Shown here piece by piece: positions 29,883-40,707 of a stretch of 64,000 bases of DNA. The position numbers were made by a program, and so were the translations under genes. Each line of letters starts with the position of its first letter. Within the stretch, counting starts at the first letter, position 1. The stretch comes from Candidatus Levyibacteriota bacterium (GTDB lineage: Bacteria > Patescibacteriota > Microgenomatia > Levybacterales > UBA12049), in NCBI GenBank assembly GCA_963790825.1, contig CAWBPM010000002.1, forward strand, positions 551,159 to 615,158. Direction: 5' to 3'. Below the pieces are notes generated by a model that saw only the letters and a list, made by a program, of their open reading frames with translations, did no database searches and was not told the DNA's origin.

Positions 29883-29914
29883 AAAGAAACGCTCTTTTTA
29901 TAGAGCGTTTCTTT
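29883..29914 (+). terminator. rho-independent terminator
   Basis: Perfect 13-bp stem (aaagaaacgctct / agagcgtttcttt) with a ttttat loop, 16 bp after the stop codon. Confidence 0.6.
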
Positions 29915-29994
29915 GTATGTATATTGAGGTTGGATACTTAACATCGTACCTGGCAACCTTGACAATCTGCTTCATTGATGAGTAAATAAATTAT

Positions 29995-31227
29995 GTGAGA
30001 GATGTTTTTTCTTCGAAACGAACCATATTTCTTATCGGAGGAATTCTTCTTGTTCTTATCATAATTCCCTTTGGAATATATTTTTTTCTACCAAAGATAC
30101 AAGAGGCAACATATCGCGCCGATACAGGCAGAACAGGTTTTTATCAGACGACACCGCTAGTCTCTACGCCTTCACTAAAGTGGAAAATTCCTCATAATAT
30201 GATAATCCTGGATTTCGAACAAACCGATCCGCTTTCATTTGGAAACTATATCTATGCCCCATTTAAAAATAAAAACAGCCAATGTAGTGATTTTTTTGCG
30301 TTTGATAAACAATCACATGAGGAAAAATGGGCACTATTTGGAACGAATGACTGGTGCTCCAATCCAACAACTACGCCGATGATAAGTAAAGGAACTTTTG
30401 TCTATATGGATTTTCAAACTCTCTTCGTTATAGATATGAATTCGGGAAAAGAAAAATGGAAAGTGTACTTAAATGAACCGCGGTCTTCGCCAATCATTAA
30501 AAATAATGCCGTATTTATTCTAGCCGATGACGGACTCAGTCTTTATTCATTTGACCTCACAACTGGTAAGCAAAACTGGGAAACGCAGATATCCGGAAAT
30601 TATTTTACTGAAAAACAAATAGCAGCTTCCGATAAATCCATCTTTGTACTGGGTGTATCAGTGCAGAACGCAGATAATTTGAATTATCGTATCAGTGGCA
30701 ATATCTATATTCTTGATCTTGCGACAGGAGTAATAAAACATAAGATAAATTCAGGATACATTACAAGAAATTTCAATCAACAATTAATCTCTCCCGGTAA
30801 TCCATTTTATATGGATGGTATAGTTTATTTCAGGATCAACGATGCATTATTTGCGTACGATGAAAATACAGGTAAAAAAGTTGGTGCGGTACAAATAACA
30901 AGTATGTTACAACAAATTATTGTCGATCCCGCAGCTGTAAATAAGATAATTTATGCCGGTGGATTCGGTAATAGGTTCTTCGCAATTGATCAGCTTTTGA
31001 CAAAGCGCCTGTGGACTGTTGATTTGGGTGCTCCAATAATAGTTTCGCCGGTAATAGCAGGTAATTATATTTATACCGCAACTGCTAAAGAAGTCCTTGC
31101 TCTCAGTAGAACAGACGGACATGTAGCTTGGCGTTATCCGGTTAACGAAAAAATTGAGTCGCAACTGCTTATTAATGATGGTAGTCTCTATTTTCTAGGA
31201 GAAAATAATTTTTACGCGCTGCACTAA
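29995..31227 (+). CDS. PQQ-like beta-propeller repeat protein, N-terminally anchored
   Basis: Repeats of the form SGKEKWKVY..., TGKQNWETQ..., TGKKVGAVQ. Paralogous to 1..918. Confidence 0.65.
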   Translation: MRDVFSSKRTIFLIGGILLVLIIIPFGIYFFLPKIQEATYRADTGRTGFYQTTPLVSTPSLKWKIPHNMIILDFEQTDPLSFGNYIYAPFKNKNSQCSDFFAFDKQSHEEKWALFGTNDWCSNPTTTPMISKGTFVYMDFQTLFVIDMNSGKEKWKVYLNEPRSSPIIKNNAVFILADDGLSLYSFDLTTGKQNWETQISGNYFTEKQIAASDKSIFVLGVSVQNADNLNYRISGNIYILDLATGVIKHKINSGYITRNFNQQLISPGNPFYMDGIVYFRINDALFAYDENTGKKVGAVQITSMLQQIIVDPAAVNKIIYAGGFGNRFFAIDQLLTKRLWTVDLGAPIIVSPVIAGNYIYTATAKEVLALSRTDGHVAWRYPVNEKIESQLLINDGSLYFLGENNFYALH

Positions 31228-31357
31228 TATTAAATCGATTTTGTTAGTATTCTCCTCTTTTTCACTATGAATTTTTCTTTAGGGATTTTGCAAAGACAAA
31301 CATAAAGTTTAGCCAAAGCTTTTGTGGATTGACACGGAGAATCTTATAATCTCGACT

Positions 31358-32047
31358 TTAACATTTGAGCGCGGCACGGCATGCTGCTTGAGCATTCGCC
31401 GGAAGATTGGAACATTGTCCGCAGGCAGCACTATTGCCGGGCATCACGGTAGCAGAACTAGCACCGGCACCATTGCTTTTCATTACTCCCTGCATCATCG
31501 ATGTATAATCGGTAAAAGTCACAGTTGATGGAAGTGTAAATTCCGATTTGTCAACCGTCCAAGGATTACATGTATAATCAACTTGCTTTTGCATATCAAG
31601 CGTCTGGGACTTGAGTCCTGCCTCGTTGCTACTCATTTGGCTGATAACATCAAGCGCCATTTTATAGCCTTTTGTATTTCCTTCTGTCCAGAAATAGATA
31701 TATTTCCCATCGGTAATCATATGCGATTTCGTCAAATTACTATTGGTACTATTGCTTTGAGACAAAAAATCTCCTCTTACATTACCGCTGCCTGTATAGA
31801 CAGTTCCAGAGCCACCTGTTTTTTTATCGGAAAATGTACATTGCTGGTTACCGGTGACAGACAAAAGGTCCAGAAGAGATTTTCTTAGCGTAGTTAGTTT
31901 CGAACCTTGGGTTGGAGAAGCCGTATTCTTTGTTACCGGCTTAGGTGTCGCTGTATGTGACCGGCTCAAATAGAAAACTCCGCCACCGACAAGAAGCAAT
32001 AAGATGATAATAATACCAGTAGCGACAAGAAGTTTTTTACTCATCAA
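31358..32047 (-). CDS. secreted hypothetical protein
   Basis: N-terminal anchor (ATGIIIILLLLVGGGVFYL). Cys-rich C-terminus. Confidence 0.5.
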   Translation of the reverse strand: MMSKKLLVATGIIIILLLLVGGGVFYLSRSHTATPKPVTKNTASPTQGSKLTTLRKSLLDLLSVTGNQQCTFSDKKTGGSGTVYTGSGNVRGDFLSQSNSTNSNLTKSHMITDGKYIYFWTEGNTKGYKMALDVISQMSSNEAGLKSQTLDMQKQVDYTCNPWTVDKSEFTLPSTVTFTDYTSMMQGVMKSNGAGASSATVMPGNSAACGQCSNLPANAQAACRAALKC

Positions 32048-32117
32048 CGGAATTATAGAGCAAAAAATTTAAAAATGCAAAGGGTAAATTTTAGGTTTTA
32101 TACAACTCCAGTTTTTT

Positions 32118-34520
32118 TTATTCCTGGGCGATAAACCAGGGTTTTAATTGCTCCAAACTTGCCAGTGACGATGATTTGCTGTAAAACCTCTCATATAACT
32201 TCAGCGGATTTTCTATCTCTTCTGGTGTAGGTTTAGGACTGACATGAAAGACTACCCACGTCACCAAATCTCGTTTTTCTCCAGTTAACGGATCAACTAC
32301 TTGAACTCTCTTACTCTCAAATCGTTTTGGTAGCGATCCAATCTTCGTTTCAGAAGCCCGGTAAGAATTTTGTCTGGTTTGTGCCAATTCTTGCTTGATC
32401 CAAACCATCGCCTCATTGTCAGACTTTCTCTCAACAGTCTCTTGGTAGAGATGAATCGCGCTATTGTATTCTTGTCCTCCTCTCACCCAAGCAGTATGCA
32501 GTTCTACAGGCCGAGGCGTGAAGTTTGTGCCTTTTGATACTGCGGTTATTAAATGCTGGTCGCTTTGTACTCTCGGTAGGCTTCTTAATTTTGGTTTTGT
32601 CGGTTTTATTTTCTGCCCACCGGTTTGCGTGTCTTCATCTTCCTCTACGTCTTTCGTAAAATCCGCAACAATATGTTTCTTACCCTGTTGCTTCACCATG
32701 CTCTCTTTTTCTACCTGTACGGTTAAATCCCGGAATGCTAATACTGCGATATGATTCAATATTGAATACAACCCGGGAATTTCCGTCTCAACCGGAGCTT
32801 TCAATAGCAATTTTCCATGTTCATCTAATCTTCCGACTAATTTTATCGGCGATTCCCCAACCTCAAATATAATATTCGTTCTCCAATCTTTTAGCTCTCC
32901 GGTCGTGTTAAACGAAATCGATTCAACGCCCATAATATCCGGTACACTATTCTCGGAGAACGTAATCGTATTTACTCCTTCCATCATTGGCAGATAATGC
33001 ATACCTTCTTTTTCAAACAGTTCCCATGCTTTTTGTTTAATAGTGTCTAAGTCTGCTTGTCTCGCATTTAGTCGTTTTAAAAATTCTTCCCCACAATTTT
33101 TGGTAAAGATATCTTTAATAGCATTGAGATGATCTTGTTCAAAAGACCCTTTCCGTACCTCTTTTTCTCCCTCATCAATTATCGGCAAATAACTGTCAGC
33201 TATACCATATTTCTGAACCCGTTTTCGAAGAAGTGGGAACATTACTTCTTGCAGATATTGTCGTCCGACCTCGTCGGTATACAGAAAACTCCCATCATAT
33301 TCTGGTTGCTTTATATACCAGCTAAACGCCGCTGGGGAAAAAACATGTCGATCTGTTAGTTCTTGCTTCGTTACTCCGGGAATAAGTAAATCTCTAGATT
33401 GCGGTTTAGCGGTATTTTCAATGATAGTAGAAATAATGAGATATGGAGTAATGTTAGGAGAAACTGTCAGAAATGCTTTAATGTTTTTTTGTATTTCAGG
33501 ATCTTCTTCCGAAACAATAAGTGCGGCAAGTTTCTCCTGAAAATCTGTAGCGTTGAGTAAAAATTTCTGATTTTTAAGAACAGCTGGATCTGTATTTTTT
33601 TCCGCAAAGTTATCGACCGATAAAAACATCACTGTTAATGCCGACAGGTTTCCAGACTGCCACCAGGTATTGGCATGGTCTTTATCTGTATAAATAGCCG
33701 TCATATACTCCATCCATGCCAGAATATTTTCCAACGATAACGGAAACGGCATTTGTTCTAAATCGGCGAACGCTTTCCCGGCAAATTCCCTCTGAACAAA
33801 TGGTTTAATACCCTGAAACTCACGCGTTGGTTCAGTCTTTAATTTGCTAATCATCTGATCTTTTATCTCCGGACTTATGTCACCCTGCCGATAAGAAACA
33901 AATACTGGTTTTAATTCATACCACCAGTCCCAATATTTTTTATCTTCTTGCATCCTTTTTTCTCTATGCATTGGATCTTCAGACGGATCACTGTAGGAGA
34001 CACGGACATTTGTGCCTCCCTGTATGGCTCTTTCATGTACATATTTTGCTGCTCTTATGACAGTTCCATATGCAGCATTGACTACTGGCGAAGCACCAAT
34101 CTGTCTATTAACCAGCCGGTCATTCGCTTTTGCTATACGATCTTCCTCTGGGAAGATTTCTCGATCTTGCTTTACTAAAGATGATAGGGTTTTAGTAATT
34201 GCAGGATTTATTCTGGCATTTTTACCGCCTTTATCTTGCGTATCATTAGCAGCAGTAGTCCAGATCCCACGTAGTCTTTCCAACTTATCTCGCATCTTAG
34301 CCGGATCTGCTTCGCTTCTGATGATGAGTAAACCGGTATCAATCGTCACAAATACCGGATCAAAAAACTCACTGACAGTCAATTCTCTCGTGAGTTCTCT
34401 CTGTGCTTTTCGTGCCGTTTTCGGATTATTTCCTAACGCCTCGGAGGTAAGGTGTGAAATATGGCTATAAAATATTTCTGGTTTTTCTCTATTATTTGCC
34501 TGTTGATCTTTGTTCATCAA
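32118..34520 (-). CDS. large (800 aa) hypothetical cytoplasmic protein
   Basis: Long uninterrupted ORF. No signal peptide and no recognised motif. Confidence 0.6.
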   Translation of the reverse strand: MMNKDQQANNREKPEIFYSHISHLTSEALGNNPKTARKAQRELTRELTVSEFFDPVFVTIDTGLLIIRSEADPAKMRDKLERLRGIWTTAANDTQDKGGKNARINPAITKTLSSLVKQDREIFPEEDRIAKANDRLVNRQIGASPVVNAAYGTVIRAAKYVHERAIQGGTNVRVSYSDPSEDPMHREKRMQEDKKYWDWWYELKPVFVSYRQGDISPEIKDQMISKLKTEPTREFQGIKPFVQREFAGKAFADLEQMPFPLSLENILAWMEYMTAIYTDKDHANTWWQSGNLSALTVMFLSVDNFAEKNTDPAVLKNQKFLLNATDFQEKLAALIVSEEDPEIQKNIKAFLTVSPNITPYLIISTIIENTAKPQSRDLLIPGVTKQELTDRHVFSPAAFSWYIKQPEYDGSFLYTDEVGRQYLQEVMFPLLRKRVQKYGIADSYLPIIDEGEKEVRKGSFEQDHLNAIKDIFTKNCGEEFLKRLNARQADLDTIKQKAWELFEKEGMHYLPMMEGVNTITFSENSVPDIMGVESISFNTTGELKDWRTNIIFEVGESPIKLVGRLDEHGKLLLKAPVETEIPGLYSILNHIAVLAFRDLTVQVEKESMVKQQGKKHIVADFTKDVEEDEDTQTGGQKIKPTKPKLRSLPRVQSDQHLITAVSKGTNFTPRPVELHTAWVRGGQEYNSAIHLYQETVERKSDNEAMVWIKQELAQTRQNSYRASETKIGSLPKRFESKRVQVVDPLTGEKRDLVTWVVFHVSPKPTPEEIENPLKLYERFYSKSSSLASLEQLKPWFIAQE

Positions 34521-34713
34521 GAAAGATGGTACTATAAGATGAATTAATAGTCAATCTAATTGGTAGGATTACATTAAATTACGTTTTTTTAATTCTTCTA
34601 ATAATTTCCCTGTTGGTTTTCGGCAGGAGCAATTTTTCAAATGACTTACATGCCAATTAATCCTCTCCTCCGGTGTTGGATTTTTCGGCATTATGTTTAT
34701 CATGTGCCATGCT

Positions 34714-35163
34714 TTATTTATCTTCATAAGCTTGGGTATTCGAATAAACCTGTAGTTGCTGGGCCCATTTTTTTGCCCTTTCCAGCTCGCCGTTAGACAG
34801 TGGACCTTCTTTCCCCTTGACGAAGAATTTTTCAGGAATTACAACCGATACTCCACCGAGTTGGATAAGCTTTTTATTAATTTTACCGGCAGCATCGCCT
34901 GCAAAAAAGAATTTAACTCTTGTATCGAAAGACGCAACTTGAATTCCGTTCAAAGAACAGTCAGGCAAAGACTCGAGAAATGCGATCATGGATTTAGAAG
35001 GACGCCGACCATGTATCGGACAACCTGCTATTAAAAGCGTAACTTCTTTAAGTATCTTATCGGTAAAGTCTTGAACGCGCACAGTTTTACCGTTCAGACT
35101 TTGAGCAATCGCTTCCGCGATTTCTTTCGTATTTCCAAATTGAGAATCATACACAACTAAAAC
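34714..35163 (-). CDS. flavodoxin
   Basis: MVLVVYDSQFGNTKEIAE FMN-binding start. Start trimmed to the internal ATG. Confidence 0.7.
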   Translation of the reverse strand, partial: VLVVYDSQFGNTKEIAEAIAQSLNGKTVRVQDFTDKILKEVTLLIAGCPIHGRRPSKSMIAFLESLPDCSLNGIQVASFDTRVKFFFAGDAAGKINKKLIQLGGVSVVIPEKFFVKGKEGPLSNGELERAKKWAQQLQVYSNTQAYEDK

Positions 35164-35272
35164 CATCTGATATCTTCTTTCCATTAAAATATAATCTACC
35201 TTCACTCTTTGTGTCTGTGATGTTTATCACTTTTAAAGTTAAGTTAGATTTAGAAAGCGCACCAAGTTCTGG

Positions 35273-35914
35273 CTAAATTATAGAAGCGGGTCTTCCGTCA
35301 AAAGATTTTGTAAGTTTAGACCAACTGCTACTTCCCGAAGTTTTAGCACTAATGCTGGGTACTGTTCCTGAAAATATCTTCCCGTCTCTGCTATCAATAG
35401 CAAATCCACCACCAGCTACGTCCGAGATACTGCGTACTTTAAATAACTCTGCTCCGTAAAGATCTATATCAAATGTCTTAAGCGCCCGCAGTAATCCAAG
35501 CGCCAGAAGACGGGAGCTGGGAGATTTTATTTGACCACCCCTCATAACAGCACGCACTTTTTTTCCTTCTCTTTTTAGCTCCTCTCTTGTTTTAACTGAA
35601 AAAATATCCTGAAGAATCGTCCCGACTTCTTCAGGCGAGTTGTAATCCTTAAAATGGGCTACTGCGGAAGTTTTTATGTCAGGAACATATAATCCGACAG
35701 CTATACAAAGATACATCCCGTAAGTTCCGATTATTGAAAAACGCGGACTGTCGCTACTCGTGATGCCATATGTACCATCCGGAATATCAATCGCCTGTTC
35801 CTTCAGACGCAATCTCTCGGCAAACGATAACTCTTCTCTAAATGGATTGGGTAAAGATAGTGCCCAATTTAAAAGTTTTCCGATGGACTTCACCCCCTCT
35901 TCTCTCTCCAGCAT
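35273..35914 (-). CDS. hypothetical protein
   Basis: 213-aa ORF. Confidence 0.5.
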   Translation of the reverse strand: MLEREEGVKSIGKLLNWALSLPNPFREELSFAERLRLKEQAIDIPDGTYGITSSDSPRFSIIGTYGMYLCIAVGLYVPDIKTSAVAHFKDYNSPEEVGTILQDIFSVKTREELKREGKKVRAVMRGGQIKSPSSRLLALGLLRALKTFDIDLYGAELFKVRSISDVAGGGFAIDSRDGKIFSGTVPSISAKTSGSSSWSKLTKSFDGRPASII

Positions 35915-35968
35915 AAATGGAATTATAGGGTAGGGAAAATAATTGTCAAGGATAGGAAGAGACCAGAA

Positions 35969-36181
35969 TCACTTTTTTTTACCATTTTTATTTTGCTGGA
36001 AAAAGAAAAGGTATATAAGCGGAAGAATTCCGACAGTGTTAAAAATAGACAAAGCAATAAACCAATAGAGCTGATTATTTCTCCCTGAACGCCAAAGACT
36101 GATGAACTTTAATACTGTATCAAAAACAAGGAGTGGTACAATCCAGAAAAAATTATGTACTAAAAATGGTGTCAGTACCAT
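35969..36181 (-). CDS. small membrane protein
   Basis: 70 aa with two hydrophobic helices. Confidence 0.4.
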   Translation of the reverse strand: MVLTPFLVHNFFWIVPLLVFDTVLKFISLWRSGRNNQLYWFIALSIFNTVGILPLIYLFFFQQNKNGKKK

Positions 36182-36251
36182 ATATCTATTATATCAGCAA
36201 TTATTAAACAAAAAAAGTGACTTGCGTCACAAAATACCGGAGTAAAAATAA

Positions 36252-37184
36252 CTACCAGAACCAAAATCTTTTCAGAGCGAATTGGTAAACCCGGTACGGT
36301 TTCGGTCCGACAAGCGCTTTACCGTTAATAAAAACAGTCGGTGTACCATATATTCCGGTTTTCCTAAGCATTTCAACTTGTTTATTGACTAATGCTTTTG
36401 TCTTTGGATTTGCAACGCAAGCATTTACTTTATTCATATCAAACCCATCTTTACTCATAAGACTTTGTGTGTACGCAGGATTTGCGACATCTTTTTTGCT
36501 TGAGGCAAAAAGCTGGTCATTAAGCTTCCAATATTTGTCCTGATTTTGCTGGTAAGCACAATCTATATAGCCGGTTAAGTACGTAGCCTGTACCTTGGTC
36601 GGAAAGTGAGCAAATATATAATTCACTTTATTATTCTTTAAAAACTCCTGAATGAGCGGATAAGCTTTTCTCGTATAATCACAGAGATAACAGCCTATCA
36701 CCACTACCGTATCTTTAGCATTTATCATACGCGCAGGAAATAGCGAGAGATCCATACCTTTTAATGTTACGTCTTTTTCAGTCGGCGGTTTTAAATAACA
36801 TTTGCTATCAATACTTGAAACCTGGTTATTCGCTCCTCTCGGATCAAATGCGCAAAATCCGGCTTGATTTAATCCATTACAACTTCCGTAGACGTAGTAG
36901 TTATATACCCCCCACACCATCCAAATCGTGCTGACAACCGAGACAATGAAAAATACCCAGGCGAGAAGTTCGAAATTTTTATTGACAATCCGGGCAGCCC
37001 AGACAGAACGAAGCAAGACTTTTCCGACCAACTCGGCTTTCATTTTTTCTTTAAAACCAGTATTGCATGGACGAAGTGTCACACGCCTGAAAACACACGC
37101 GAATGCTTCTTTCGCAAGTTTTCTATGCGTCACGCTGAAGAGCCCTAAAATCGAAAAAACGATAAGTGCTAATAAACAAAACAT
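36252..37184 (-). CDS. membrane-anchored thioredoxin-fold (DsbA-like) oxidoreductase
   Basis: N-terminal transmembrane helices with Cys pairs. A GCYLC CxxC motif sits in the C-terminal thioredoxin-like domain. Confidence 0.5.
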   Translation of the reverse strand: MFCLLALIVFSILGLFSVTHRKLAKEAFACVFRRVTLRPCNTGFKEKMKAELVGKVLLRSVWAARIVNKNFELLAWVFFIVSVVSTIWMVWGVYNYYVYGSCNGLNQAGFCAFDPRGANNQVSSIDSKCYLKPPTEKDVTLKGMDLSLFPARMINAKDTVVVIGCYLCDYTRKAYPLIQEFLKNNKVNYIFAHFPTKVQATYLTGYIDCAYQQNQDKYWKLNDQLFASSKKDVANPAYTQSLMSKDGFDMNKVNACVANPKTKALVNKQVEMLRKTGIYGTPTVFINGKALVGPKPYRVYQFALKRFWFW

Positions 37185-37427
37185 AGTAATAAAAAATTAA
37201 AAGTCAAAAATCAAATATCAAAAGTATAATTAAAAACTATTTCTTGAGTTTGATTAGTGTTTTTTCGCAATGACGAATGCTACCTACAAGTAAGTATAAT
37301 AAAACAAAGGTACGAGTTATCTAGGTACCAAGGTTTTTATATAATTAAATGGTATGGTCATAAGAAAAAATACTAAACAAACAACAAGAATAAAAACTTG
37401 TTACGAGCTATAAATTATATAACTTTT

Positions 37428-38663
37428 TTATTCTAATACGGAAAGTATTTTTTTCAGTTCTGCTACAAAATATTCTGCTTCTTCTATTGTATTATAGAAA
37501 GCTAGAGAAATCCGAACCGCTCCGGCTATTTTATGTGCGTTAAACCATGAATGGACGCAAAATTGTCCGGAACGCACCATGATTTGCGCGCTACTACTGA
37601 GCATCAGCGCGATTTGATGACTGTCAACCCCATCAACGTAAAACGAGAGAATACCTCCCCGTTTTTCTGCTTCCTTAGGACCAATAATATGAATTCCGGG
37701 TAGTGATTTTAATTCTTCCGTAAGATAGGAATTAAGCAGCTGTTCTTGTTTGGTTATTCGGTCGAATCCTATTTTTTCTATAAATCTCACTGCTTCGCCA
37801 AGCCCTACAATTCCGGCATAATCTTGTAATCCCGCTTCAAATTTCTCAGGCGGCGGGAGAAACTCCGCTGTTTCATAGGTTGTGGATGCTACAGTGTCTC
37901 CTCCCACCAGAAATGGCGACAATTTCTCAAGTAATTTGTATTTTCCATATAGAACTCCGGTTCCTGAAGGTCCAAGTACTTTGTGTCCTGAGAAAGCGAG
38001 AAAATCCACATCTAGAACATCCTGGACCTTTATTTTTTGGTGAGGAGCTGCCTGGGCAGCATCGACTAGAACCGGTATGTCATACGCGTGAGCAAGCTCA
38101 ATAATCTCCGGAATCGGATTTGTTACGCCATCCAGATTGGATGTATAACAGATTGAGATTAATTTTACATTTTTATCGAGACTTGCTTTAAACGCTGTAA
38201 GATCAAACGTGTTATCTGCGCGTGATGGAATAATTTTATGTATTATTCCAATTTTACGCAGTATTTGCCAGGGAATGAGATTGGAGTTATGTTCTTTATC
38301 AGAAGTTATAACTATGTCTCCACCGGTAAGGCCCAGAGAATTGGCAACCAGATTAATCCCTTCCGTCGTATTTCTTGTAAAGACTATTTCTTCCTTTTTC
38401 TTAGCCCCGATAAATTGAGCGATTTTCTCCCGTGCTTTGTCCACTTCCTCATCTACACGCTTTCCCAGGCTATGCATACTTCTCCCTCCGCATGCCGGGT
38501 ATTCTGTGTAATAACGATTTATTGCTTCAATTACCGGAAGCGGTCGCAGACTTTGACAGGCATTATCAAAATATATTAGCGGTTTCCCCGTGTGAGAACG
38601 GAGTATTGGAAAGCTGTTTCTAATATCACTGTCTTGCATAATACGATTACATTGAGAATGCAA
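37428..38663 (-). CDS. sufS: cysteine desulfurase (SufS/class V aminotransferase)
   Basis: PLP-lysine region FSGHKVLGPSGTGVLYGK. Active-site RSGQFCVHS. Confidence 0.85.
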   Translation of the reverse strand: MHSQCNRIMQDSDIRNSFPILRSHTGKPLIYFDNACQSLRPLPVIEAINRYYTEYPACGGRSMHSLGKRVDEEVDKAREKIAQFIGAKKKEEIVFTRNTTEGINLVANSLGLTGGDIVITSDKEHNSNLIPWQILRKIGIIHKIIPSRADNTFDLTAFKASLDKNVKLISICYTSNLDGVTNPIPEIIELAHAYDIPVLVDAAQAAPHQKIKVQDVLDVDFLAFSGHKVLGPSGTGVLYGKYKLLEKLSPFLVGGDTVASTTYETAEFLPPPEKFEAGLQDYAGIVGLGEAVRFIEKIGFDRITKQEQLLNSYLTEELKSLPGIHIIGPKEAEKRGGILSFYVDGVDSHQIALMLSSSAQIMVRSGQFCVHSWFNAHKIAGAVRISLAFYNTIEEAEYFVAELKKILSVLE

Positions 38664-38766
38664 CCTCTGTAAATTTATTATATCACATATATTTTTTACT
38701 TCGAATAAATAAATTATTAATGCTCTGGATGTCAGAGAACTATCGTGGTAAAATCAACTTTACAAC

Positions 38767-39930
38767 ATGCTTAAGAATACGTTTATTGTACTCATCGGCT
38801 TACTCGCAGGATGTTTCTTAAGTTTACTGCTTATTTTTCACTTTTCACTTCCTTCTCTCCCAACTCATAATTTGCCTCTATTTTCTCCTTCGCTAAAAAA
38901 ACAAGTTATCGGATTTCTTCCCTATTGGTTATTGGATAAAGCGCAGACCGATTACTCAAAATATATTACGACACTGACTTATTACGGTCTGTCAATTGAT
39001 ACTGATGGAACAATTATTAAGTATACAAGCCCCGGAGAAACAGAGCCCGGCTGGTATGCTTTGGATTCCGGCAAGCTAAATCCCTTTCTTGCTTCGGCCA
39101 AAAAAACAAATACCGATCTTTCTCTTTTGCTGTTTAGCGGAGACAAGGACAATATTCTCTCTATCATGAATGATCCGGTAACTCACGCAAATAACCTGAC
39201 CCGTGACATAGTCCCGATTATGCACCAGTTTGGATTTTCCGATTTAAATCTGGATATTGAATATACCGCTCAAGCATCCGACGCAGCACGCTTACATTTC
39301 ACTCAGTTTGCACAAACTTTAAAAAATAACCTCAGCAAAGAAAACGCGGGTACTTTGACTGTCGACATAAGTATCGATGATTTTGTGCATAAGAATCTCA
39401 TCGATCCCGCAGAAATCGGAAAAATTGCCGATCACGTAGTGGTAATGACATATGATTATCATTTTACCGACTCCTACGTTACCGGTCCGGTCGCGCCTCT
39501 AACAGGTGCAGGTACGGTTTCCGAATATGATGTAGAAACCGTAGTCCAAAAAGCGCTAAGTATTATTCCCGCGCAAAAAATACTACTCGGTGTCCCGCTT
39601 TACGGATATGAATGGGAAACGTTGGGTACAGTTCCCCGCTCAGCTGTTATCCCGGGAACCGGACTCACTGCCAGTAACACACGAGCTGAAGATTTTATCA
39701 ATTCTTGTGCAAGTTGCAGCGCAGAGCAGGATACAACTGCTCAGGAATCTTATATAATCTACAGGGATCAGGAAACCGGCACATACCATCAAATCTTCTA
39801 TCCCAACTCCGCTTCAACCCAAGCAAAAGTAGACCTGGCAAGGCAAACTAATCTCGGCGGACTGGCACTTTGGGCATTAGGTTACGAGGGGAAAACAATC
39901 CTCGAGCCAATACATGCTTATAAAAACTAA
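38767..39930 (+). CDS. glycoside hydrolase family 18 (chitinase-like) protein, N-terminally anchored
   Basis: DLNLDIEYT matches the GH18 DxDxE catalytic motif. Confidence 0.7.
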   Translation: MLKNTFIVLIGLLAGCFLSLLLIFHFSLPSLPTHNLPLFSPSLKKQVIGFLPYWLLDKAQTDYSKYITTLTYYGLSIDTDGTIIKYTSPGETEPGWYALDSGKLNPFLASAKKTNTDLSLLLFSGDKDNILSIMNDPVTHANNLTRDIVPIMHQFGFSDLNLDIEYTAQASDAARLHFTQFAQTLKNNLSKENAGTLTVDISIDDFVHKNLIDPAEIGKIADHVVVMTYDYHFTDSYVTGPVAPLTGAGTVSEYDVETVVQKALSIIPAQKILLGVPLYGYEWETLGTVPRSAVIPGTGLTASNTRAEDFINSCASCSAEQDTTAQESYIIYRDQETGTYHQIFYPNSASTQAKVDLARQTNLGGLALWALGYEGKTILEPIHAYKN

Positions 39931-40014
39931 CATCTGATTTAATTCAGAATCAAATTAAGAATGTAAAATTATAATTATAAATTAATTATGAATTCTGAAT
40001 TTTAAATTATAAGT

Positions 40015-40671
40015 TTATTCTACATTCCCCGTTTTGGTTCCCTCGTCAAAAATAAATTGCTGCCCTATCGTCGCAGTCATAACCGTACTTACAGAATTTG
40101 AGTCATTAAACGCAGCAGTTATTGATCCCTGCTCCACTAATGCAGTTACTCTGGGTAAAGTACTGGGAATAGTTACTTTGCTTTCTCCGCTCGTAATATC
40201 GATTATCGTATCGAGACTACGAATCGTTAGTGGAGATTTTCCGGTTTTTGTGTAATCCGCGCTGCCGGAATTTTGTGCAATAACTATGTCGGCCGGCAGA
40301 GTTTGAATAATACTCAAATCCGTATTTGCTTGTAATTGAATCGTACCAATTTTAGGAAATTCTATCGTAGCTTTTCCGTCCTTTCCAGTTATCACTTCTT
40401 CTCCCTGCTGAATAGTTTGAGGCAGAGTTATTGTTGCCGGCTCAGTCGCCACTCGCGACTCCCACTGGATGCTGCCGGAAATTGACGAAATTTCTCCCCG
40501 AATTGTTGCGCTTGGTGCGTTTGCGATTGAAAATTGCGTAGCTGTTGATACCGGTTTGATAAGATTATAGACAGTAGATTTACCAGGTATTATATGCCAA
40601 TAAACGAGAGCTACAGCCACTACAAATCCCAGGACGAGAAAAGAAAATAATAAAAGGATACTTTTCAACAT
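40015..40671 (-). CDS. secreted hypothetical protein
   Basis: N-terminal anchor. Ser/Thr-rich. Confidence 0.5.
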   Translation of the reverse strand: MLKSILLLFSFLVLGFVVAVALVYWHIIPGKSTVYNLIKPVSTATQFSIANAPSATIRGEISSISGSIQWESRVATEPATITLPQTIQQGEEVITGKDGKATIEFPKIGTIQLQANTDLSIIQTLPADIVIAQNSGSADYTKTGKSPLTIRSLDTIIDITSGESKVTIPSTLPRVTALVEQGSITAAFNDSNSVSTVMTATIGQQFIFDEGTKTGNVE

Positions 40672-40707
40672 ACTGCTTCGAAATTCACAAAGTTTATATT
40701 TTAGGAT

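Noticed and set aside
34012-34470. 152-aa plus-strand ORF
   Set aside because: Antisense inside the 800-aa gene.
36252-37184. VKOR-DsbA fusion
   Set aside because: Only two N-terminal transmembrane helices are present, not the four or five of VKOR. Called simply a membrane-anchored thioredoxin-fold protein.
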